From: Truepera sp.
GTDB lineage: Bacteria > Deinococcota > Deinococci > Deinococcales > Trueperaceae
Direction of reading: 5' to 3'
DNA: 64,000 nucleotides
Assembly (NCBI GenBank): GCA_965218435.1
Contig: CBDCKW010000005.1
Span: forward strand, 128,001-192,000
The notes under the pieces were generated by a model that saw nothing but the letters and a program-made list of their open reading frames with translations, was not told where the DNA came from and did not search any database. A program made the translations under genes and the position numbers. How positions within the stretch are numbered: the first letter of the stretch is position 1; each line of letters opens with the position of its first letter. Below are positions 49,635 through 60,450 of this stretch, piece after piece.

Positions 49635-51446
49635 CTATGCACTTGCTTCCCCTTCATCCGCCCAGAGCCGCCGCATCTCCTCGCTCTTGCCGAGCAGGTC
49701 GTCGAGGCTACCCGTCGCTTCGACCCGCCCGTCCTTGAGCAAGATGATGTGATCCGCCTGGCGCAGCACCGAGCGTCTATGCGAGACCGCCAGACATGTC
49801 CGTTTCCGCGCCAGCACCCGTCCCCAGAGCGTCCGCTCTGTCTCGACATCAAGCGCGCTCGAGAGGTCGTCGAAGACTAGCAGCTCCGGCTCGCGGACGA
49901 ACATCCGGGCCGCGGCGGAACGCTGCACCTGCCCGCCGGAGAGCTTAGCGCCTCTCGGCCCAATAGGAGTGTCCAGCCCCTCTTCGAGGGCCGCCACGTC
50001 TCGCTCCATCACAGCGGTATGGAGGGCCGTAGACAGGCTCACGCCGTCTTCAGGGAGCCCCATGAGGATGTTGTCGCGCAGCTTTTCGCTGAACAGGCGC
50101 GGCACTTGCGCGGTGTAAGCACTACGGGGCGGCACGAAGAAGTCGGCCGGATCGTCGACCGTGACGCCGTTCCAGCGGATCTCACCGGCGTCTTTAGGTA
50201 GTAGTCCTAGGAGCACCTTGAGCAGGGTAGTCTTGCCGGATCCGACGCGCCCAGTGATGACGGTCAAGGTACCCCGTGGGATGCTCAGGGTCACGTCCTC
50301 GACGCCGTGCTCCGTCCCCGAGTAGTGGTAGCTGAGGCCCGTGACTGTGAGCACTTCGAGCTTTTCGGGCAGGCGCTGCTGGCTAGGTGAAGCACTCGGC
50401 AACTCACCCCACAGGTGAATCGGGCCGTGCTCGACCAGCGTTCCCGGAGCCGCGCCGGGCATGAGTTCGAGCAGCCGCGTCAGCGAGACGCCCGTCTGCC
50501 GGTATAGCGTTAGGTAGTTCCCGAACATGTTGGTGACGGTCGCCAGCCAGCCGAGGTAGGAGACGAACAGGGAAAAATCGCCCACGCTGAAGCTTGCCTC
50601 TGCCCCCGGTTGGTTTCGCACCATCCCGGCTAGGACCAGGAGCAGCACCCCGGTCGCCAGGTTGGCACTGTTGGTCGAGAGCGATTCGAGCAAACGGCTG
50701 AAGAGCAGGTCCTGCAAGGTAGCCCGGCGGCGCGCTTCGTTGACCCCCCGGAAGTAGCTGATGATGTGGGACCTCGTGCCCGCGATCTTGACTGCTTGGA
50801 CCGCCCCGAACATCTCGCCGAGCAGGTTGGTCACCGCACCGATGGCCTCCTGGTTGGCTTTGCGGTAGCGTTCGATGCGCGTCCCAGCCAGGTTGACGAC
50901 CACCAGCGTGAGTACCAGCGGTATAAAGACGGCCAGCGTCAGGCGGGCGTTGATGCTGGCTAAGACGCTGAGCCCGATGACAGTGACGAGCAGCTGCCCT
51001 ACCGGGTCAAGGGTCCAGCTCAAAAAGTTGGGCAAGGCCCCGACGTCGTCCCGGAAGCGGCTGATGGCCTCGCCCGGCGAGGTCGGCACAGCGCGGGCAC
51101 CGGGGTGCTTGAGGATGCGCGCCAGCAAGTTCTTGCGCAAGAGCGTCGAGACAATCAAGCGCAAGCTGACCTCGGCGGCGACCGCTCCGATGATTGCCGT
51201 CTGCCTGGCGACGGCGATACCGGCCAAAAGCGCAAGCAGCGTCCACAAGCCGAGAGAGACCGTCGCTTCGCCCGTGAGCTTGTCGAACACTTGCTTGACC
51301 ACCAGCCCCGGGAGTAGCGGAAAAAGGTAAAACATAACGCTGGCGAGGAGCCCACTCGTTAGATAGAGCCACGGGCGGTAGCGTGCCAATCGCACGATAT
51401 ACCGCCAGGTGGGTAAGCTAGCGATACTCTCCGTACTGGTGCTCAC
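49635..51446 (-). CDS. ABC exporter subunit (permease/ATPase)
   Basis: [26 protein letters not shown] (degenerate Walker B). Confidence 0.92.
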   Translation of the reverse strand: MSTSTESIASLPTWRYIVRLARYRPWLYLTSGLLASVMFYLFPLLPGLVVKQVFDKLTGEATVSLGLWTLLALLAGIAVARQTAIIGAVAAEVSLRLIVSTLLRKNLLARILKHPGARAVPTSPGEAISRFRDDVGALPNFLSWTLDPVGQLLVTVIGLSVLASINARLTLAVFIPLVLTLVVVNLAGTRIERYRKANQEAIGAVTNLLGEMFGAVQAVKIAGTRSHIISYFRGVNEARRRATLQDLLFSRLLESLSTNSANLATGVLLLVLAGMVRNQPGAEASFSVGDFSLFVSYLGWLATVTNMFGNYLTLYRQTGVSLTRLLELMPGAAPGTLVEHGPIHLWGELPSASPSQQRLPEKLEVLTVTGLSYHYSGTEHGVEDVTLSIPRGTLTVITGRVGSGKTTLLKVLLGLLPKDAGEIRWNGVTVDDPADFFVPPRSAYTAQVPRLFSEKLRDNILMGLPEDGVSLSTALHTAVMERDVAALEEGLDTPIGPRGAKLSGGQVQRSAAARMFVREPELLVFDDLSSALDVETERTLWGRVLARKRTCLAVSHRRSVLRQADHIILLKDGRVEATGSLDDLLGKSEEMRRLWADEGEASA

Positions 51447-53206
51447 GCCAGCGCCTCTTCGAGTCCTGTCCGCAGCAAGCCAGCGAAGTGCGATGAAGGG
51501 TTAGCAGCCAGCGCCTTGCGATTGCCGAACTCGATACAGCGCCCCCCGTCCAAGATCATGATCTCGTCCACCCGCTGCACCGTCGCCAGTCGGTGGGCGA
51601 TGATGATGGCGGTCCGGCCTTCCAGCAGGCGGTCGATGGCACGCCCGAGTTGCTGCTCTGTGGCAGGGTCAAGCCGGGACGAAGCCTCGTCGAGGATCAC
51701 CAAGCCGGGGTCTTTCAGGAACACCCGCACGAACGCCAAAAGTTGCGCCTGCCCCGCCGAGAGGTCGCTCCCACCGGGGGCGAGGCGGCTGTCGAGTCCC
51801 TCGGGCAACGACCGGTACCAGGGGCCGAGCCCGACTTCGTGCAATACCGCGAGCATGCGCTCGTCATAGACGTTGGGGTCAAAAAGCGAAAGGTTTTCGC
51901 GCACAGTCGCGTGGAAGAGCTGGATCTCCTGCGTCACCATCCCGACACCTTTGTGGACGGCCCCGGCTCGCAACTCGGGCAGCGGAACGCCGCCAAGGTG
52001 GATCGTGCCCCCGGTCGGATCGTAAAGCCTCAGCAGCAGCCGGGTGAGCGTCGTCTTGCCGCTACCCGTGCGTCCCAGCAGCCCCAGCTTCGCGCCCGGG
52101 CGGAGCATGAACGACACATCCTGGAGCACCCACTCGGGTTCCTCCTGGTCTTCAGCCACTGGGTAGCGGAAGGATACGCTCCGGAACGAGACTGCGGGCG
52201 CATCTTCAGTCAGCCCGAGCGTCCCGGCGTCCTCGAGCCGCGCCCTTGTGCCCAGCAGATCGGAGATGCGGAGGATCGATGCGCCCGCCTGCTGCAAGTC
52301 CTGGACCTGCCGCCCGATGACCTCGATGGGGCCGGTCAGGAGCTGGGTGTAACGGAATATCAGGAACACTGTGCCGATGGTGATCTCACCCCGCTGAAAG
52401 AGGATCGCCCCGCCGCCCAGGGCGATGACCGACCCTAGCGAGAACAGCACCGCCGAAAGGCTAAAGGTGCTCACGCCGATCAGGCTCGCCTTAAGTTGCG
52501 TGCGCAGGACCTTCCGGGCCTGCTCGAAAAAGCGGCGCATGACGTAGGCGGTTGCCCCGCTCGAGCGCACGTCTTCCGTGCCGGCCAGGCGCTCCTCCAA
52601 GAAACCAAACAGCTCCGCGTCGGCTTCTCTCGAGGCGCGGAAGTGGGGCACAGCCACGTCCCTCGACACGTAGACAACCACAAAGGTCAGGACTGTGAAC
52701 AGTACTAAAGCTGCGCCCACCCTCCAATCTATCCAGGCGAGGGCGACGAGCACGCCGAGCATCAGCAGGCCGTTGCCGAGCAGGTCCACGGCGAAGCGGG
52801 AAAAGAAGTTCTTGAGCCGCCCCACGTCCCCGTCGATCCGCTCGATGAGCGCCCCGGGCGTCTGGCCGTTATGGAAGGTCATATCGAGGCCGAGGACGTG
52901 CTCGGTCAGGTCCGCCCGGAGTTCGTTGGTCGCCCTGAGTCCTAAGTTCTCGGCGACGTATGCTTCGACTACAGACAGCAGCTGGACGCCGATGGTGAGC
53001 ACCAGAAACAGGACCGCCAGACGAACGAGCACGGCGTACGAACCACCGCCGGTAGCGGCGTTGATGAACTGCGAAAGGAGGTATGGGCTTACGAGCTGTA
53101 ATCCCACTCCGGCGAGCAGGAAGGCGAGCAGCAGGAGCGCTTGACGCCAGAATGGACCCACGTAGCCCACCAGGACGGAGCGGTACTGACCCAGGCCTAC
53201 CCCCAT
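51443..53206 (-). CDS. ABC exporter subunit (permease/ATPase), heterodimer partner
   Basis: [29 protein letters not shown]-coupled to the previous gene. Confidence 0.92.
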   Translation of the reverse strand: MGVGLGQYRSVLVGYVGPFWRQALLLLAFLLAGVGLQLVSPYLLSQFINAATGGGSYAVLVRLAVLFLVLTIGVQLLSVVEAYVAENLGLRATNELRADLTEHVLGLDMTFHNGQTPGALIERIDGDVGRLKNFFSRFAVDLLGNGLLMLGVLVALAWIDWRVGAALVLFTVLTFVVVYVSRDVAVPHFRASREADAELFGFLEERLAGTEDVRSSGATAYVMRRFFEQARKVLRTQLKASLIGVSTFSLSAVLFSLGSVIALGGGAILFQRGEITIGTVFLIFRYTQLLTGPIEVIGRQVQDLQQAGASILRISDLLGTRARLEDAGTLGLTEDAPAVSFRSVSFRYPVAEDQEEPEWVLQDVSFMLRPGAKLGLLGRTGSGKTTLTRLLLRLYDPTGGTIHLGGVPLPELRAGAVHKGVGMVTQEIQLFHATVRENLSLFDPNVYDERMLAVLHEVGLGPWYRSLPEGLDSRLAPGGSDLSAGQAQLLAFVRVFLKDPGLVILDEASSRLDPATEQQLGRAIDRLLEGRTAIIIAHRLATVQRVDEIMILDGGRCIEFGNRKALAANPSSHFAGLLRTGLEEALA

Positions 53207-53527
53207 AAGGGTTCCCACACGCACACAGGCGTAGATAAAGAAAGCACCTCGAACATTATGACAGGAATTCGGTTACAACGGCCTAGGTCAGGTCCCTCGA
53301 TTAGCGAGCGCAGCCTCTAAAGTCAAGCTTAGGGCTTTCCGGTAGAGGGCTAGCTCCTGTCGACTTTGGTCTCGGAGTAAACCAGCACCACATGGATGGT
53401 CGTACCTGCGAAGTGTTGAAGTTGAATGAACCCACAAACCTTCAGGAGCCGACCGCCCTAGTGGTGCACCGTCTCCCACGGCCTTAATGGGCGGCCCAAG
53501 CGCCAGGCGGAAGGGTCGCGGCAGCGC

Positions 53528-54568
53528 CTACTCGTCCCAACCGGTATGGAGCCGAGGCTGCTCCCAGCTTCCGTCCGGCTCCCAGCGGATGAACGTCCCG
53601 TCGAACGGCCAGGCGCGGGATTCGATTAGGGAGAGGACCCGGGCGCGAGCACTCTCCACATGGTCGGCAGTTTCTGCCGAGATGACCCCCCACCTGATCC
53701 CTTCTCGGTATTCCGTCTCGTCCTTCCACGCCCAGGTCAAATCCGGCGCGACGTCCAGGTCGAGCTCGAGGTCAAACGTGTCGAAGCCTAGCGCAGAGCG
53801 CACGAAGGGCAGTTGGAAGTTGACGTACCAGCCGACGAACGCGCCCGTCTCGTGGTGCCAGCACACCCAAGTAGCAAAGTAGTTCCCGGGCCGAATGAGC
53901 TTCAGGACGCGCAGGCGACTCCAAACGGTGTCACCCATTGACCAAGCGCCGCTGTGCTGTTCTTCCCACCTCGAGGTACGCGGCGCGTTCCCCGCCATCA
54001 CCTGCAAGAACAGGGTGCTGATCTTGCACTGCGCGCCCGGGGTGAGCAGGAGCGCCGTCAGCTCGGGCGTGTCCTGGACGACCGTGACGGGCCTAGCACA
54101 GACGACTTTTTCGTTCAGCACCTCGTGGAACGTGACGGCCTCACCCGGACTCCAGTAGTGGCTCACTCCGACCTCACCCACCGTTCTTAGCACGTCGAGC
54201 ACCCTCGACACCTGGCGATCGTTCGCCACGCTGTCTAACGGCAGCCAGGCCACCTCCTGCAACATCCGCACGTCCGCCGCCAGATGCGCCTCTTCCGGGT
54301 CATGCCCCAGCAAGGCGGTCTGGCCCGCGTCCGCCTCGAGCAGGTGGCAAAGGCTTGCGCCGCCTCCGTACAGCTCCTCGAACAAGAAGCGCACGACCCG
54401 GGCGTCCAGCCCGGTCTCCTCGCGGACCTCACGCACGGCCGCTTCTTCGGGCGTTTCGCCCGGCTCGACGCCGCCGGGCAGCGTCCAGTAGGTGCGCCCG
54501 CCGTGCTCATGGCGCACCATCAGGATGTCGTTTCCGAGAATGATGGCCGCGCAAGCTCTTGGTCGCAC
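53528..54568 (-). CDS. NUDIX hydrolase fused in frame to a DUF402-like domain
   Basis: Nudix box GGVEPGETPEEAAVREVREETGL; C-part WYVNFQLP..DTFDLELDL..WKDETE. Confidence 0.8.
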   Translation of the reverse strand: MRPRACAAIILGNDILMVRHEHGGRTYWTLPGGVEPGETPEEAAVREVREETGLDARVVRFLFEELYGGGASLCHLLEADAGQTALLGHDPEEAHLAADVRMLQEVAWLPLDSVANDRQVSRVLDVLRTVGEVGVSHYWSPGEAVTFHEVLNEKVVCARPVTVVQDTPELTALLLTPGAQCKISTLFLQVMAGNAPRTSRWEEQHSGAWSMGDTVWSRLRVLKLIRPGNYFATWVCWHHETGAFVGWYVNFQLPFVRSALGFDTFDLELDLDVAPDLTWAWKDETEYREGIRWGVISAETADHVESARARVLSLIESRAWPFDGTFIRWEPDGSWEQPRLHTGWDE

Positions 54569-54667
54569 CCTCCGGCTCCTTCTCAAGGCTGGGATTGAAA
54601 TGGCGCTTGACTACAGTAGGATAAGCCCTAACGCGGCCCCCAGACTTGGCGGGCGAGGAGGCCACAC

Positions 54668-55495
54668 GTGAGGATCGCGACCTACAACCTCTGGAACTCC
54701 CGCGTCCGCTGGCCGGAGCGGTTGGACGCGGCGGTCGAAGAGCTCGTGCGCCTCGATGCCGACGTCGTTGCCCTACAGGAGGTGGCGGCGCGGGTGGAGG
54801 AGCACGACGGGCGCGACGCTGCTGCATTACTCGCGGAGCGGTGCGGTTACGGCCACGTCGTGACCCGGCTCTACCCAAACGACCCGGACGAGGGAGTGGC
54901 GTTCCTGAGCAAGCAGCCGCTACGCGCCGTCGAGGCCGGGTGGGACACCGGCCTGTCGGCGCTGGCGAACTGCGGGCTCCGGGCGCGCGTGAGCGTCGGC
55001 GGCACTAAGGTCGTGCTCACGAACGTCCACCTCGACTGGGAGAACATCGCCGCCAGGGAGGCGCAGACTGCGCAAGTGATGGCGTGGATCGAGATGCGCT
55101 CGGAGGCGGGGTGTTACGAGGTGCTGTGCGGCGACTTCAACGCCACGCCGGACTCGAGCGTCTACCGGTTCCTGATGGGTCAGCAGACGCTGCAGGGTAG
55201 GGGACCCGGCCCCGGCTGGCATGACCTGGCGCGTTCTCACGCCGAGAGGAATGGCAGATCGCCCGAGCCCACGCTCGACTTCTGGCATAACCCGCGCTGG
55301 CGGGACGCACCGACGCTCGAGGTGCCGATGCGTGTTGACTGGCTGCTCCTGCGGGACCTCTTTAACACGGCCCTGCCCTACCCCAGCGTGCCGGACGCTG
55401 GCATTTTCGGCACCCACCCGACACCTCAGATGCAGGTGGTCCCTAGGGACCACTACGGCGTTTACGCGAACCTCTATTTCGGTAGACGGGACTGA
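54668..55495 (+). CDS. Endonuclease/exonuclease/phosphatase (EEP) family protein
   Basis: ATYNLW, VALQEV, NVHL, GDFN, VDW, DHYGV. Confidence 0.9.
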   Translation: MRIATYNLWNSRVRWPERLDAAVEELVRLDADVVALQEVAARVEEHDGRDAAALLAERCGYGHVVTRLYPNDPDEGVAFLSKQPLRAVEAGWDTGLSALANCGLRARVSVGGTKVVLTNVHLDWENIAAREAQTAQVMAWIEMRSEAGCYEVLCGDFNATPDSSVYRFLMGQQTLQGRGPGPGWHDLARSHAERNGRSPEPTLDFWHNPRWRDAPTLEVPMRVDWLLLRDLFNTALPYPSVPDAGIFGTHPTPQMQVVPRDHYGVYANLYFGRRD

Positions 55496-55566
55496 GGGTG
55501 GCATGGATGTCCGGAAGGTTGCGGGTTGACAATGATTGATGATTGGCGTAGGTCGTCGCGTTACGC

Positions 55567-55586
55567 GCGCTCATTTCACGCATAAC
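55567..55586 (+). repeat. Junction motif copy 5
   Basis: GCGCTCA-TTTCA-CGCATAAC. Confidence 0.72.
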
Positions 55587-55761
55587 GCCGGCGGTAACCG
55601 GCGAGCATAGAATGCGACGTCAGAATGGCGACGACAATGGCACCTAAACCCGTGACAACCACCTAAGCCCTCTTGTACCAGGGCGTTGTGACAGGCACGG
55701 ACTTGGCGGCATTTGAGGTCCTACGCCGTCTGGACATTTGCTAGCTAGTGTGGCTGATGCG

Positions 55762-55862
55762 GCCTAACCCGGGAGTTAGCCTGCGAGAACTCGCCAAGAA
55801 GAAGCCGGAGCAGCTGCAGAACGCAACAGCGAGGGCTCGTCGGGTGCAACTCCGAGTTATGC
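55762..55862 (-). other. Integron attC-like recombination site
   Basis: Minus strand: R'' GCATAAC-5 bp-L'' GTTGCACC-CGAC...-L' GGCTAAC-6 bp-R' GTTAGGC; imperfect inverted repeat of 101 bp, 70 bp after the APH stop. Confidence 0.7.
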
Positions 55863-55931
55863 AGCCGGCGGCGCAGGCAACGACCCCTACCACATGGCAC
55901 CCACCTGAGCGAAGGTCTCACGACGATGCGG

Positions 55932-56930
55932 CTACCAGGCGAGCCCATCCAGGTGGTTGTGGCCTGAAAGCACGCGAGCAATGCGCTCCCGCGCCGCTTC
56001 ACGCTCGTCCGCTACGGGGTGATGGGTATAGAGCGCGAGCTCACACTGCATGTCATAGAAGAGCAACCGTTCCCGCAGATGCTCGCGCTCGAACAGTTCC
56101 GGATACGCGCCACGCAGCCATCCAGGGACATCAGTGAGGGTGGTCTCGTCGAGCCCTCGTCCGCCGGGTACGGGAGGGTACTCACTCGCCTTCGCACACC
56201 AGCGGAGGATGATATCGAGTTCGACATCCGCTGGCTGGGCCAACGCCTCGGCGAAATCGAGGAGACCGGTAACGCGTCCTTCGTCAACGATCACGTTGGA
56301 TCCATGTACGTCACCGTGGACAAGGACGGGTTCGTCGGCAGCGAACAACGCCAGCCGCTCCCGGACCCAGTCGGCGACGTCGGCGAGTAGGCGCGAGTCA
56401 CACCCGGGCCGTCGCCGCGCAGCCTCGACCTGACCGAGCACCGCATTCACCACAGGTGGGTGGTACGCAGCCCGCGGCTTCCCGGCGAGCGCATCGGCCA
56501 GCCACGGCGGCAGCAGGTCCGCCGAGACAGGAACCCGGTGCAGCGCACGCAACGCAACGCCGAGGCTTTCGATCATTGCTTTGCGCGTGGGCACGTCTGC
56601 CCCCGGCCACGCGTCGTGCAGGGTTCGCCCGGGCACGCGTTCGGAGACGCACCACGGGCCGTCGGGGCCGTCGCCGTGACCGAGGTGTCGGGCGTGTGGA
56701 ACCTCGCTGCCGGCGAGCAGGTTGACGACTGTGGCCTCGTGGCGAAACGAGTCGCGAAACTGTCCGTTGCTCAGCCGTACGACGTATTCGTCGCCGACCC
56801 ACACACGGCTAACCCAGCCGGCCTTTGGAAGAAATCGCCCGGTTCCCGGTAGCCCAGCGGCCGCCAGCGTCCTCAGCAGGGCTGGGTCACTGGCAGGCTC
56901 GTCAACAAACGCTGCTGAAAGCTCGCCCAC
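55932..56930 (-). CDS. Aminoglycoside phosphotransferase-family kinase
   Basis: HGDVHGSNV Brenner motif, LLDF. Confidence 0.85.
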   Translation of the reverse strand: MGELSAAFVDEPASDPALLRTLAAAGLPGTGRFLPKAGWVSRVWVGDEYVVRLSNGQFRDSFRHEATVVNLLAGSEVPHARHLGHGDGPDGPWCVSERVPGRTLHDAWPGADVPTRKAMIESLGVALRALHRVPVSADLLPPWLADALAGKPRAAYHPPVVNAVLGQVEAARRRPGCDSRLLADVADWVRERLALFAADEPVLVHGDVHGSNVIVDEGRVTGLLDFAEALAQPADVELDIILRWCAKASEYPPVPGGRGLDETTLTDVPGWLRGAYPELFEREHLRERLLFYDMQCELALYTHHPVADEREAARERIARVLSGHNHLDGLAW

Positions 56931-57395
56931 GCCTCACCTCTAGTAAGACTCCATATAGGATGATTATGCCGCTCTTTGTCCTTTTGCGTGTGAACGGCCC
57001 ATTTGCAGCATTGGTGGTTGCCTTTAATACGCTCGAATACCGCATAATATCGAGAAAACATGGTGAGATATCGTTGCAGCAGTTCAGTAACGATGTCTCA
57101 CCCAACGAAGATCGAAGTAGAAAGCCGCCTAAAACAGCGGAATATAGTGCTCGAGTTGTGAGCTATGGGCCACAAAAAGCTACAAGCTTATCTATGCAGC
57201 GGTATCCATAGTTAGTTTGTTCCATCTATTGCAAGGAAACGGGCTTGGACAGGCAAAAATCTACCGAATTGACGCTGCGGCTAGCGGGGCAAATTTTCGT
57301 GACCTTGATTGTCCGAACTATATGCTCAAAAACACCGCGAGGCAAGTGATGGCAAATAAAGAACCTACTTCGTAAAGTAAGTGCGAGGTGAACCC

Positions 57396-58370
57396 ATGAC
57401 CGAGCCTGACGCTTCCGCCCCTCTTCAACCCGTCACCAGCTTTGACAGCCCTACCCTCGAGTTTGACTTTCCCGGGCTCGAGATCGGCTGCGCTGAGTAC
57501 GAGGAGGGACCCACCGGCTGCACCGTTTTCCACTTCCCGCAGTCTGCAAGCATAGCGACCGACGTACGCGGCGGCCTGCCGGGCGTGTTCATGGCAGGTG
57601 ACGGTCCTACCGAGGCCATTTGCTTTGCGGGCGGCTCGCTCTACGGCCTTGAGGCGTGTACCGGGGTGACCGCCGAATGGCTAGCTCGCCGTCAGGCATC
57701 GGGCAAGTCGGCGAACATTTTTGATGACATCGCGGTCGTGCGGGGTGCCATCATCTTCGACTTTGCGCACCGCCAGAACTTTATCTATCCCGATCACGCC
57801 TTAGGACGTAGTGCCCTCCAGGTAGCTCGACCCGGCCGCTTTCCGTTAGGACAATGCGGGGCAGGACGCTCGGCTGATGTCGGCAATGGCCTCGACTGGC
57901 AAGGAGAAGAACCAGGGGGTCAAGGGGGTGCGGTACGCGACTTCGGCGAGGTCAAGCTAGCGGTATTCACCGTCGTTAACGCCATAGGTGCCGTTGTAAA
58001 CCGTAACGGCGAGGTGGCGCGGGGTCATCTCGACCGTCAGACCGGAGAGCGCAGCCACCTGAAAGACGACCTCGAGGCGACCCTGGGCGCGTCCGATTCG
58101 GGTCGGCCCACCCGAGCAACGACCCTGACGCTGGTCGTGACCAACGTCAAGCTGACGCCGACTGACCTCACACAGCTTGGGCGACAAGTCCATAGCTCGA
58201 TGGCCCGGGCGATTCAGCCGTTTCATACCAGCTTCGATGGCGATGTGCTGTTCACCGCCACAACTGGAACGCACGAGATGCATGAACTAAGCCCGGCGCA
58301 CCTCGGGGTCCTAGCCTCCGAGCTGGCTTGGGACGCCGTACTGAGGGCTGTCGGCGTCAACCCTCAGTAA
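57396..58370 (+). CDS. P1/S58 (DmpA-like) peptidase
   Basis: GPTGCTV, DVRGG, GGSLYGL, VNAIG, ATTL, HTSFDGD. Confidence 0.88.
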   Translation: MTEPDASAPLQPVTSFDSPTLEFDFPGLEIGCAEYEEGPTGCTVFHFPQSASIATDVRGGLPGVFMAGDGPTEAICFAGGSLYGLEACTGVTAEWLARRQASGKSANIFDDIAVVRGAIIFDFAHRQNFIYPDHALGRSALQVARPGRFPLGQCGAGRSADVGNGLDWQGEEPGGQGGAVRDFGEVKLAVFTVVNAIGAVVNRNGEVARGHLDRQTGERSHLKDDLEATLGASDSGRPTRATTLTLVVTNVKLTPTDLTQLGRQVHSSMARAIQPFHTSFDGDVLFTATTGTHEMHELSPAHLGVLASELAWDAVLRAVGVNPQ

Positions 58371-58417
58371 CCTCAGTTTTAACGCATCGTTACGGCCTAA
58401 AGGCTGCTCAAATGGTT

Positions 58418-58445
58418 GCCCTGAACGCGCTCAACCACCGCATAA
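58418..58445 (+). repeat. Junction motif copy 6
   Basis: GCCCTGAAC-GCGCTCA-ACCAC-CGCATAA. Confidence 0.75.
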
Positions 58446-58502
58446 ACGGTAACGACTCCTGGGCGTTATCGTTCAAGGTTTCACCAAGGGCTACGATGAA
58501 CC

Positions 58503-59552
58503 ATGCCTGCCACTCTGAACCGTAAACGCCTCGAGCTCGCATTTGACACTCTCGGCGCGGACGTCCGCGCGGGCCAAGCCTCAGCCACCGTCTTCGGCGT
58601 CGCCTCTGCTCACGAGACCGTGCGCCTAGAAGCTTTCGGGCAGACCTCCGGAACGCCCCTTACAACCGACCATATCTTCTTGCTGGCGTCGATCACCAAG
58701 CCCATCGTCGCAACCGCCGTGATGCAGCTCGTCGCCGACGGTCGTCTGCTGCTTAACGAACCCCTGGTCAAGCATCTACCCGAACTAGCAGCCCCCGGCA
58801 AACCGCAGCTCACTGCGTGGCACCTGCTCACGCACACCTCGGGTATCAGGGAGATCGACTGGCTTACAACGTTGCGGCAGCTTCCCGAGCGGGTGGTGAG
58901 TTTTGAGGTCGCCTGCGCTGAGATGCCGCTGTTTACACCGGGCTCGAGCTTTTCGTACAGCACCCTGACGTTCTACCTGCTCGCCGAACTCATCACCCGC
59001 GTTTCGGGTTTGCCATTTGCGGCGTACCTGGAGGTGCACATCTTTAGACCGCTTGGGATGAAAGACACGTCGTTCGACCCGCGTGGGCAACGCTCCCGGA
59101 TGGTCGAGGTCGAAAGGATCACCGGGCCAGGTGGCCCCTCTGCTGAGAGAGCGACGGACGCGTTTATCTCGTTCGCGATGCCGGGGGCGGGGTTATGGAG
59201 CACGGCTGAGGACCTCGTCCACTTTGGTCAGGCGCTCTTACGCCGTGACCCCGAGCTGTTACCGCCGACCTACGTCGAACTGATGAGCCGTGACCAAACA
59301 CACGGGCTGCTCGCGCCGGGGACCGTGTCAAGGCCCCAGCATCAGACGCTCGGCTGGCGCAAAGGTAAAGTTGATGGCTTCGACGTGGTGCCTGCCTCGT
59401 CCTCAGTGATCGAGCACGATGGGGCCACGGGCGGGCAGCTCTGGCTCGACCCGGAACACGACCTCGTGTTCGTTTACCTTACCAACCGTTTCGGGGCTGA
59501 CTCGAGCGTGCGGCAGCGGGCGCTTCAGGTGGTCTATAGTGCTTTGACTTAG
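58503..59552 (+). CDS. Serine hydrolase, beta-lactamase/class C-like fold
   Basis: SITK (SxxK), LLTHTSG, FSYS, HDGATG. Confidence 0.88.
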   Translation: MPATLNRKRLELAFDTLGADVRAGQASATVFGVASAHETVRLEAFGQTSGTPLTTDHIFLLASITKPIVATAVMQLVADGRLLLNEPLVKHLPELAAPGKPQLTAWHLLTHTSGIREIDWLTTLRQLPERVVSFEVACAEMPLFTPGSSFSYSTLTFYLLAELITRVSGLPFAAYLEVHIFRPLGMKDTSFDPRGQRSRMVEVERITGPGGPSAERATDAFISFAMPGAGLWSTAEDLVHFGQALLRRDPELLPPTYVELMSRDQTHGLLAPGTVSRPQHQTLGWRKGKVDGFDVVPASSSVIEHDGATGGQLWLDPEHDLVFVYLTNRFGADSSVRQRALQVVYSALT

Positions 59553-59594
59553 TAGGGGCGGTCTTGAAAGCAGCGTATTCGCAGGCGAAAGGAC

Positions 59595-60419
59595 ATGATG
59601 TCTCACCGATCTCTCGGAACTCTACCAGTCGAATATATCCGGGACGTCGTTTATGGCCGAGCCGACGAGACTGAGTTGCTTCTCGATATCGTCCAACCCT
59701 TAACAGTCAACGGTCCACGTCCTGCTATTGTCCAGCTTCACGGGGGCGGCTGGATCAAGGGCGAGAAAGAACCCGCTAGTAATCACACCCTCGCACAACA
59801 CGGCTTTTTTACCGTCAGCATCAACTACCGGCTTAGCCCAGCTCACATTTTCCCGGCTCACATCCACGACTGCAAGGCGGCGGTGCGCTGGTTACGGGCC
59901 AACGCCGAGCGCTACAAGATTGATCCCAACCGTATCGGTGTCTGGGGCGGCTCTGCGGGGGGTCATCTTGCGGCCCTGCTAGGCACCTCTTATGGCGTTA
60001 AGGAACTCGAGGGAACGAGCGGTTCGCCCGGTTTTTCCAGCCGTGTTCAGGCCGTAGTCTCGGTCTGTGGCGCGAGCGACCTAAGCCAACCACCTGACGG
60101 CTACTGGCAAAACGATCCAGCCTCTGAACCGTCACTACTCTTTGGCGGCTTGGTACGTGACAAGGCAGAACTGGTGAGGCTAGCCAACCCCATCACGCAT
60201 ATCCGCCCTGATACGCCGCCGATTCTACTGATTCATGGTGACGAGGACGAAGTCGCGCCATTTTTACACTCACAGCTTCTCGACGTGGCTTTGCGAGAAG
60301 CTGGTGCGGACGTCACGCTGGTTCGGGCTAAGGGGAAAGCTCACGGCTTCTCCGAACCCTGGCAACAGCGAATTGACACGCTCCGCTTAGAATTCTTCAA
60401 GAAGCATTTGCAAAAGTAG
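59595..60419 (+). CDS. Alpha/beta hydrolase (esterase/lipase)
   Basis: HGGGW, GGSAGG, HGDED, AHGF. Confidence 0.9.
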   Translation: MMSHRSLGTLPVEYIRDVVYGRADETELLLDIVQPLTVNGPRPAIVQLHGGGWIKGEKEPASNHTLAQHGFFTVSINYRLSPAHIFPAHIHDCKAAVRWLRANAERYKIDPNRIGVWGGSAGGHLAALLGTSYGVKELEGTSGSPGFSSRVQAVVSVCGASDLSQPPDGYWQNDPASEPSLLFGGLVRDKAELVRLANPITHIRPDTPPILLIHGDEDEVAPFLHSQLLDVALREAGADVTLVRAKGKAHGFSEPWQQRIDTLRLEFFKKHLQK

Positions 60420-60450
60420 ACGTGCTCAGTCAGTAGCAGGCTGTACATCT

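Noticed and set aside
58503..59552. Calling this gene a true beta-lactamase, or 55932-56930 a proven aminoglycoside resistance gene
   Set aside because: Only fold-level motifs are visible; most members of these families act on other substrates.
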